This document shows, piece after piece, positions 9,237 through 16,100 of a stretch of DNA of 24,000 nt (positions within the stretch are counted from its first letter, which is position 1; the number at the start of each line of letters is the position of its first letter). The position numbers and the translations under genes were made by a program. The DNA comes from an uncultured Gammaproteobacteria bacterium (GTDB lineage: Bacteria; Patescibacteriota; Patescibacteriia; Patescibacteriales; UBA12465), in contig CAZYNT010000010.1 in NCBI GenBank assembly GCA_964648205.1, positions 1-24,000 on the forward strand, in the 5' to 3' direction. The notes beneath the pieces were generated by a model. That model ran no database searches. It saw only the letters and a program-made list of their open reading frames with translations, and was not told the DNA's origin.

Positions 9237-10289
9237 CTACCTGGTGAATCCAGGCACAGAAACTATCTGGCCGTTCTCGCGGATGACCGCGGGGTGGCCA
9301 GTTGCCGGCGCGACCACGTCGGGACGGGCGCCGCCCAAGGCAGTCAGCAACATTCCGCTGACCACCAAAAACTTACCCGGTTGCGGCGCTGGCAGCCCGG
9401 TGACTTCACCGAACTTCTGTTCGGTGATGCCGTCGCCGTCGAAATCGGCAAACGACGCGGCCACGCGGGGAGCAGGGGCGGCGGGAATAAGGACCCGCCC
9501 ATCGTTAAGCCGCAGCATGTGCGGCGTCAGATTGACAAATTTTTCACCCAATGCGAACCGGGTGAAAAATTCTGCCTCAGTCTGGTTAGGGTAACCGCCC
9601 CAGTAGGCGGAGCCACCCGACTTGCCGAGACCGGAACCGCCGTTCCAGCCTTCGAACTTTTCTTTAAGGACAGCGCACAATTGTCCGTCCCCATAAAAAT
9701 TCACCTCCCCGTCGCCGGAGAGGACCAGGAGCTGGTCGTACTGACCGAATAAACGGTCAGTGACGGTTGCTGACTTGCTGTGCGAAAGGCGCACGATCGT
9801 CAGGCGACCGACGATTTCGCGACTGGCAATCGCGATTTCAGCGGCCGCTTCCTGCTCGGACGTAATACCCTGAGCGGAACGGTCGGCCAAGCGAACCTCA
9901 GCTACTTCCTCGGGCGTGACGTCCATTGCCATCATCGCCGGAATGTAGCCGCTGTCGTTGGCGGCGATGAGCTGCTGATAGCGGTTCGGCTCCAGGCCGA
10001 GCAGGTTCAACACCTGCAGGATGGAGGCCGGTTCCGCGGCTCGGTCGCCATGATGGTCGACCAGAATGACTCCTTCCGGCAGGTCGATGTCCTTGGTCAG
10101 CTCGACCAGAACCGGGACCTTGCCTGCGCTTGCCGCTTCAGCAATTTCAGTGGCATAGGCGGAGGCCGCGGCGCCCCAGCCCAAGTTATTATTTCTGACT
10201 TCGGCGCCGGTCACTGCCAGCACCTGAGCGATTTCGGTCATCTCGGCATCGCGTCCGCCGAGGAAAAATACAAAATTTTTCTTATTCAT
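9237..10289 (-). CDS. Hypothetical protein with a DHH motif (possible DHH-type phosphoesterase relative); start trimmed to MNKKNFVFF
   Basis: VILVDHHGDRAAEP resembles the DHH motif. The coding region is visibly more GC-rich than neighbouring ORFs. Assignment beyond the motif is uncertain. Confidence 0.7.
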   Translation of the reverse strand: MNKKNFVFFLGGRDAEMTEIAQVLAVTGAEVRNNNLGWGAAASAYATEIAEAASAGKVPVLVELTKDIDLPEGVILVDHHGDRAAEPASILQVLNLLGLEPNRYQQLIAANDSGYIPAMMAMDVTPEEVAEVRLADRSAQGITSEQEAAAEIAIASREIVGRLTIVRLSHSKSATVTDRLFGQYDQLLVLSGDGEVNFYGDGQLCAVLKEKFEGWNGGSGLGKSGGSAYWGGYPNQTEAEFFTRFALGEKFVNLTPHMLRLNDGRVLIPAAPAPRVAASFADFDGDGITEQKFGEVTGLPAPQPGKFLVVSGMLLTALGGARPDVVAPATGHPAVIRENGQIVSVPGFTR

Positions 10290-10338
10290 TTTTATTGCCG
10301 CTCTTAACGGCTTTTGTTTCCTCCGAAGTGACATTACC

Positions 10339-10386
10339 CGGATTATCCTGAGGCTCATCTTTTAAAATGAAACACAAAATAATCCG
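10339..10386 (-). promoter_or_regulatory. Leader stem L1, upstream of the DHH-motif gene
   Basis: Inverted repeat CGGATTAT / ATAATCCG with a 32-nt centre able to form inner TTCAT/ATGAG. Confidence 0.45.
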
Positions 10387-10418
10387 AACAATAGGCTTAA
10401 GTTAAAAATGAAAACAAA

Positions 10419-10480
10419 TTCGCTTTCGTCTTGCCGAAATAATCGGAAGACTCATCAGCCCGTCTGAGACGAGGAGCAAA
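10419..10480 (-). ncRNA. Type III hammerhead ribozyme candidate
   Basis: Minus strand 5'-TTTGCT C|CTCGTC TCA GACGGG CTGATGA GTCTTCCGA TTATT TCGGCAAGAC GAAA GCGAA-3'. It has the CUGAUGA and GAAA cores, a UC cleavage dinucleotide, stem I (6 bp with one G.U), stem II (9 bp with one bulged C) and stem III (6 bp with one G.U). Confidence 0.82.
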
Positions 10481-10481
10481 A

Positions 10482-10506
10482 GGGGCAAGATTGAACGGCT
10501 TGCCCC
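10482..10506 (-). terminator. GUUCA-loop hairpin D immediately 5' of the hammerhead
   Basis: Minus strand GGGGCAAG-CCGTTCAAT-CTTGCCCC followed by TTTTGCTCC; same architecture as hairpins A-C. Confidence 0.6.
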
Positions 10507-10646
10507 CCGAACTTCCCGATGGCTAACGCCAAATCCTTTTCGAGAGAAAGGAACCCACTATTTTTTCTCCAACCGTAAGGGAATTTTATATTGGCTGGGT
10601 TTCATTCCCGGTTAATGCAGATTAGTGACTGCTCCCGGTTTTCAGT

Positions 10647-10883
10647 TCAAAGCGAGAAATCTTCGTAGAAGATTTCTACCTTTTTACCTTCTCTGATAAA
10701 GAGGGTGCCGCCATAAGAACTCCAACCATTCCCTTGGCGCACCTCTTCGTGACCAATGTCGATTTTAACAACATTGGTCACAACCTTACCCTTAAGAGTA
10801 AGGTTGAAGGTGATTGAACTAATCCAGCTCTCGATCGCCAGGCTAGAGGCGTCGAGGCCGAAGTTTTTTGCTAAACTAGCCAT
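10647..10883 (-). CDS. Small hypothetical protein (78 aa)
   Basis: ORF with a protein-like composition, MASLAKNFGLDASSLAIESWISSITFNLTLKGKVVTNVVKIDIGHEE; no family recognised. Confidence 0.5.
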   Translation of the reverse strand: MASLAKNFGLDASSLAIESWISSITFNLTLKGKVVTNVVKIDIGHEEVRQGNGWSSYGGTLFIREGKKVEIFYEDFSL

Positions 10884-10890
10884 AACTTAA

Positions 10891-10933
10891 GCCTCAAGGA
10901 TGCTGCGTTCATAAATCGCTTCATCTTTAAGGC
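10891..10933 (-). promoter_or_regulatory. Leader stem L0, upstream of the 78-aa gene
   Basis: Minus strand GCCTTAA...TTGAGGC (one G.U) with a 29-nt centre forming nested GATG-AA-GCG-ATTTATGAA-CGC-AG-CATC; ends 7 nt before the ATG. Confidence 0.5.
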
Positions 10934-10989
10934 CTATATATATCTAATTTAACTAATTTTTTAAACTAATTAATTTCGATTATTAAATT

Positions 10990-11340
10990 TTTAAAGTCCT
11001 TTCCCCTCCCGATACTCAGGTCCTGATCTATTTCGAGGAAATTTCCGGGCCCCAAACTTGTTCAAGGTTTGAGACTTCGGCCGATCTCCTCGTAAGAGAC
11101 GGTCGCGATAGCCGCTGTTCACTGATCCTTTTCTCCTTGCGGAAATACGGACACAAATTACTAGGATCGCCTGCGCCTTCGGATACGGTTTGCGACGTAC
11201 CCTCCGGATCGGCTCGACTAAACGCTGATTCTAACTGTTTAAGTTAGAAGCAAACGATAGGCGTTTTGCTAATCTCGGGACATGGACTCTCTCCCGGCTC
11301 ATTTTTTGAACCAATGGCTGTCCATTTCAATCTCCTAAAA
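10990..11340. ncRNA. Candidate structured RNA region, no credible ORF, strand unresolved
   Basis: Locally GC-rich with many self-complementary segments, e.g. TTCTAACT..AGTTAGAA, CTCAAAC CTTGaaCAAG GTTTGGG, GGGTACG..CGTATCC, GATCC..GGATC (minus-strand reading). Confidence 0.35.
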
Positions 11341-11633
11341 TCGGCAGTAAACGCTATTATTTTTATAATGTACTAAGAAATAATTTAACCGTTATTTCTT
11401 CGGCTGAGCTTGCGCTCCTTATCCGCAGGGCGGATAGTGATGAAGAGGAGCTACCGACAGTCTTGATAGGAATCTGTTAAAGCGGCATGGGTGATCACTT
11501 TAAACTTCATATTCGATTTTCCTGATAACTGTCATTTTTTATAGAACCGCAAATAAGTTTATTATGACTTTTTCGCAGTATCTAACTCTCTCCACTTCAT
11601 TACTATTCGTCTTGCTTTAGCGCCATTGGCACC

Positions 11634-11659
11634 AAAAAAACTCTTCCGAGGAAAGAGTT
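11634..11659 (-). terminator. Rho-independent terminator
   Basis: Minus strand AACTCTTTCC-TC-GGAAGAGTT followed by a run of seven Ts. Confidence 0.85.
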
Positions 11660-11741
11660 GTTATTATGATTAGGCGCGATAACAATTAAATGTAAATATT
11701 TGGCCGCTTAATCTAATGGCTCTCTCCTTCCATTAATTAAT

Positions 11742-11903
11742 TTATTTTATTGTAATGTTCTGTCTCGCTAGGCCGAATTTTATCGGCGTCTTATCGGAGA
11801 CTGGGTCTTCCTCATCTTTCTTGATGAGAAGTGGCCGCTCGCCGCTAAGGCGTTTCCTGTCTATACCCTTCGAATTGGACCGACACCATGCTCTCTCCGT
11901 CAT
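11742..11903 (-). CDS. Possible 53-aa small protein (below the size threshold of the supplied ORF track)
   Basis: Hand translation MTERAWCRSNSKGIDRKRLSGERPLLIKKDEEDPVSDKTPIKFGLARQNITIK*. It sits inside the transcription unit bounded by the 12034-12062 promoter and the 11634 terminator. A structured RNA is the alternative. Confidence 0.3.
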   Translation of the reverse strand: MTERAWCRSNSKGIDRKRLSGERPLLIKKDEEDPVSDKTPIKFGLARQNITIK

Positions 11904-12033
11904 AATGTCCGCCACTCTAATTCAGCTAAGTATAGAATCAAGAAGTGTTTGACTTTCTATTGAATGTTTTATTGAATGAACTTTTGGATATTTCCGAATT
12001 TCTCTTTGGCCTTCTCTCACTTTCGATACTGAC

Positions 12034-12062
12034 AGTTTAGCACCCTTTGACAACTTTGTCAA
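12034..12062 (-). promoter_or_regulatory. Sigma70-type promoter overlapping a palindromic operator-like site
   Basis: Minus strand TTGACA-17 nt-TAAACT. The -35 lies within the palindrome TTGACAA-CT-TTGTCAA (12047-12062). Confidence 0.75.
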
Positions 12063-12158
12063 TACTAATTAATACATTTCTCAGTAATTGTTAGTAAAAT
12101 ACAAGACAGCACTGCATAAAATATGCGTATTTATTTATTAATTTTGTCATTATTAAAA

Positions 12159-12187
12159 TTGACACTTATCTTTTGTTTTGCTATAAT
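12159..12187 (+). promoter_or_regulatory. Perfect-consensus sigma70 promoter driving the TrmB-family gene
   Basis: TTGACA at 12159-12164, 17-nt spacer, TATAAT at 12182-12187. Confidence 0.85.
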
Positions 12188-12274
12188 AGAGATATAAATA
12201 AGGAATCTGCTTAACGACTAATAAAATAAAAACTTATTTTTGTAAAGTTATCCACAACCCATATTTACAAATAT

Positions 12275-13126
12275 ATGAACGAAAAAATACTTTTAGGCCT
12301 TGGCCTAACTAAAGTCCAGGCCGAAATTCTAACCTGCCTTTTGCAAAACGGCCCCCAAAAAGCCAGCAACATCGCCAACATAACAAAAAGACCTCGAGGC
12401 GTTGCCTATAAGGGTCTTGAAGAATTGATTGATTTAGACTTGGCTATAAAAAAAGAGAGCAAGCTTGGCGTGGCTTTATTTACAGCCGAACACCCTTCTA
12501 ACCTGGAAAAAGTTCTTGAGCGGCGCGAAAAGGAACTGGATAAAACCAAGAAAGAATTCGCCGCTTCCCTGCCGGATCTGGTTTCCGCCTATAACCTGGT
12601 CAGCAATAAGCCGGGAGTCAGATTCTACGAAGGCGAGGAGGGGATTAAAAAAGTTTTGGAAGATACCTTGCTCAGTAACCCCGACAAAAAGCTTTATACT
12701 TTTTCCGATGTGGCTAGCTATGCGACTTATCTTAGCGATTGGAACACAAGCTACTATGCTCCACAAAGAAAAAAGCTCGGCGTTTTTGAGAAAGTTATTA
12801 TCCCCGATAACGCTCGAGCCCTGGAATATATGAAAGATTATAAGTCTAATGAAGTAACGGATATTTTATTTATTGACCATAAAGCCTACCCTTTCGCGAC
12901 TGAAATAAATATTTATAACAACAAAGTTTCTTTCGTGACCTTCGCTCCCGATTTTATGGTCGGCGTAATCGTTGAAAATAAAGAAATATATAAAACCTTG
13001 CTTTCTATTTTTAATTTCATGTGGCAATTCTGCAAACAAAATTTACAAAATTCCCAACCCGCTTGGCTAAAAAGACAAACCACCCCGTCATTACCGGCTG
13101 CCGGCTCAAGCGACCAGTCAGTTTAA
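12275..13126 (+). CDS. TrmB-family transcriptional regulator
   Basis: N-terminal winged HTH (GLTKVQAEILTCLLQNGPQKASNIANITKRPRGVAYKGLEELIDLDLA) then a TrmB-like ligand/phospholipase-like region (GIKKVLEDTLLS...). Confidence 0.8.
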   Translation: MNEKILLGLGLTKVQAEILTCLLQNGPQKASNIANITKRPRGVAYKGLEELIDLDLAIKKESKLGVALFTAEHPSNLEKVLERREKELDKTKKEFAASLPDLVSAYNLVSNKPGVRFYEGEEGIKKVLEDTLLSNPDKKLYTFSDVASYATYLSDWNTSYYAPQRKKLGVFEKVIIPDNARALEYMKDYKSNEVTDILFIDHKAYPFATEINIYNNKVSFVTFAPDFMVGVIVENKEIYKTLLSIFNFMWQFCKQNLQNSQPAWLKRQTTPSLPAAGSSDQSV

Positions 13127-16100
13127 TTAAGTTCCGTCGGCTTAACGATATATCTCTGGATGAAACGTAAAATCTCTAGCAAACTGGTTGCTTCTTTAGC
13201 CTCGCTTAAAAGCTCTTCTCGACTCTTATCTATTTTTTCAAAATATCCGGCGGGCGCTTTTTCTAGGTTAGCGAAATAATGTTTTAAAATCGGACGAACG
13301 ACGCTCTCGGCGTATTTTAATTGCTTCTTATTATCCAGCGTTAAAATCTTGCCGCCGATCAAGCCTTCGCCGGCAGCCACTACCTGGTCGCTATTAACCA
13401 AAAGATCAGAGTCATTCTTATAAAAATAGGTGCTATAAGGCTCTTTAAATTTAACAACGCTTTCTTTTTCTTCAAAATCGCCGCGGAAGCCAAAACTGGC
13501 CGAACCGACTTCCGGACAAACAAAATTCAATGATAAAGAGTCTTTCTTAATTGTCTTATCCAGGCCGGCTTTAGAGTCGGTTTTTATTTTTCCTAAATGG
13601 TCTTGCAAACGCTGGAAATAAGCAAGAGACGGAGAACCCTTAGCTAATTTTGATTTTTTTTCATTAATGGAATCACGAATAAGTTTGCAAATGGTATTCA
13701 ATAGTACTTTAGCTTCCGGACTTTCGGGATTATCTAAAACCTCAAATCCTTTTTCTTTGCCAACCTGTTCAAAATTACGGATCACCGACCCTAAAATATC
13801 ATAACGAGCTTCATTAAGATGGCCGATCTTTGTTCCGTTAGTAGACAAAATCCAGGCCAATTCTTCAAGCGCATAGCCGATATATTCTTCCTTTTCCGCC
13901 CCCGAGACAGATTCTTGGACCATAGCGAAGAAGGCTTCTTTAAAAACCGGACTCTCTTTCAAATTTTTAACAATGCCGTTATAACGTTCATAATCTTTTT
14001 GGTTGCCGCTTAAAAATTCTTGGTATCTTTGAACTTTAATATTATCTAAACCAAAAGTATCAATAATTTTTTCATATTGCCTAGCCTCGCAATCGCCAAT
14101 TTCTCCTGCTTTCTGGCGAGCCGCGCTTTCGCTTTTGCCATAACGAACCTGATAATTATTAACCTGGATTTCATCGCAAATAACTAAATTAACTTTCCGG
14201 CCCTGATTATTAAGCCAAAACAAATAGCCGTATATATCAATCGGCTTGGCCGCTTTTTTTTCATTTTCAAAAACCGCTTCCCAGGATGGCAAATCCTTGG
14301 AAATGCCAACCGGAAAATATAAAGGAGCTTGGTCGGGAATATTTTCCGGCTTAACCTCGTTATTTTCAAAATTACTGAAACCATTTGGCAATTTAGTTTC
14401 TTCCTGCCCGTAAATCAGCTGATCCATTTTATTCTCCAAAGCGATTTGCAGGGGGAGGGCTTGCTGTAATTTTTTAATAGCCTCTTCATAAAGAGCCTGC
14501 TCCTCGGAAATCGGCCCGCTCAAAACATCGTGGTATTTTTTTATTTTTTCCGACCAGGCAGATGCTTCCGTTTCTCCGTCGGCCGACCCTTCTTCTTTTT
14601 TTAATTCCGCCAAAACCTGCCGGATGGCTTCCGGGCGGCAGCTTTCGACTTCCGCCATCGTTCGATAATATTCAATCATTTCTTTTATCCGCTCCGCGCT
14701 AAACTTTTTATGCTGTTCAAAGTCCCGGCGAATCAGCGTCTGAGTCGCTTCATCAAAATCCTTGATCATTTGGGGAAAATTTTGATCATCGGCAATTTCG
14801 GCGGCGTCGTCATAAGGCGAAGCAAGCCCTTCCAAAACATCAATGCCGAGCTGACGATAAACTTCGTTAAGTTTTTTGGCCATTTCTCCAAATTCCGCCA
14901 AATTCTCTTGGCTTCTAAGCAACTCCTCATTAAAGCTTGAGACCAATTTATCAATATCAACTGCGCTGGTCGCCGGATCGTTAACTTTAATATTAGCTTC
15001 GGTTAACAAATTACTGGCTCGGGAAAGACTGGCTCGTACGAACCTTTTCGTATCAATATTTTTATCGAAAAATATTTCCTGGTACATCCGTGAAACATCC
15101 TGAGTCTCGCTAGAATCATTAATTTCTGCCACCTTGGAAAGCAGCTGATTAATTTGTTCGGGCTTTAATTTTTTTCCTAAATTAATAATAGCTTCGCCGA
15201 TGCCATAGTCAATATTCAGGCATAAGAATGATTTTATCCGGTTGATTTTATCTTCTTCTGTTTTCGCCTCATTTATAAAGGCGGCGATTTCTCTTACTCT
15301 CTCTTCATTATTTTCACTCAAAAACCTTAATAAATATATCTGGTAGCGGAAAGGGATTTCTTTCAGATCAATGCCTACTTGGTCGTTGATATAGGCTTCC
15401 ATATCAGGGCGATGCATGTGCTTTAAAAATAGAGAAATTTCTTCAGTCTCTTTATCATTTATATAATCGGCCATTTGGCTGTCTTTAGACAGCGAATTAT
15501 AGTCGTAAAAATTAATTTCCAGCGCGTCATTTTTCAAATTTCTACCCAGTGTTTGTAATTTATTGGCTAGCCCCTTGGCAACTTCTGCAAAATTGGCATT
15601 AATCAACGAGCGCTCCCGCTCATAATTTTCAAGCAATTTCGCGTGCCGGCTGCCGGCGCTTTCATATAGCTCCGCCGTTAGCTTCTCGGCGGCCACAAAA
15701 TTATTGTGATGTTCTTTTTTCAAACCCTCATAACCTAACCATAATTGGCCACAGACGTCTTTTCCGTTAAACAACTTTTCCGGCTGGTTATTTTTTTTAT
15801 CAAAAGACTTCAGAAGATTAAGGCCGCTGACAAAATCAACTACCGCCGAATAAGCTTTTTCCGAATTACCTTGTCTATAGCCTGAAACAAATTTTTCCCA
15901 TATCGACTGAAGGTTGGCATTATGTTCAGCTTCTAAAATTTTTGAGGCGGCCGTGTTGAAGTAATCTAAAAAATTATCAGTCGCCTGCAAATTTTGATTC
16001 TTGGCCTTAGCATTTATGTTTGCTCTTTTTATCCGCAAATCGTCTTTCAGTTGGTCAATCTTGTCCTGATTACTAAAAAATTCCAGCCAACTTTCCCGGG

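Noticed and set aside
8501-10307. Plus-strand ORFs 8501-8839, 8601-9038, 9207-9752, 9223-9594, 9780-10307.
   Set aside because: Antisense shadows of the 194-aa and GC-rich DHH-motif genes; long open frames are expected opposite GC-rich coding sequence.
11034-11060. Plus-strand GAGGAAATTTCCGGGCCCC resembles the RNase P RNA conserved block GAGGAAAGUCCGGGCUCC, with CTCCCGGCTCAT near 11292 resembling the 3' partner.
   Set aside because: The invariant GAAAGU and ACAGAA segments are absent and the P4 pairing with bulged U cannot be formed properly. Kept only as a general structured-RNA candidate; a cmscan would settle it.
11240-11275. Plus-strand GCAAACGATAGGCGTTTTGCT looked like a tmRNA tag start (GCA AAC GAT...).
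   Set aside because: No terminal ALAA-stop, no tRNA-like ends (no GGTTCAANTCC...CCA), so tmRNA is not supported.
11755-11952. Plus-strand 65-aa ORF.
   Set aside because: Lies in the structured region on the strand opposite the well-defined promoter/terminator pair; composition is Ser/Leu/Arg-rich and not protein-like.
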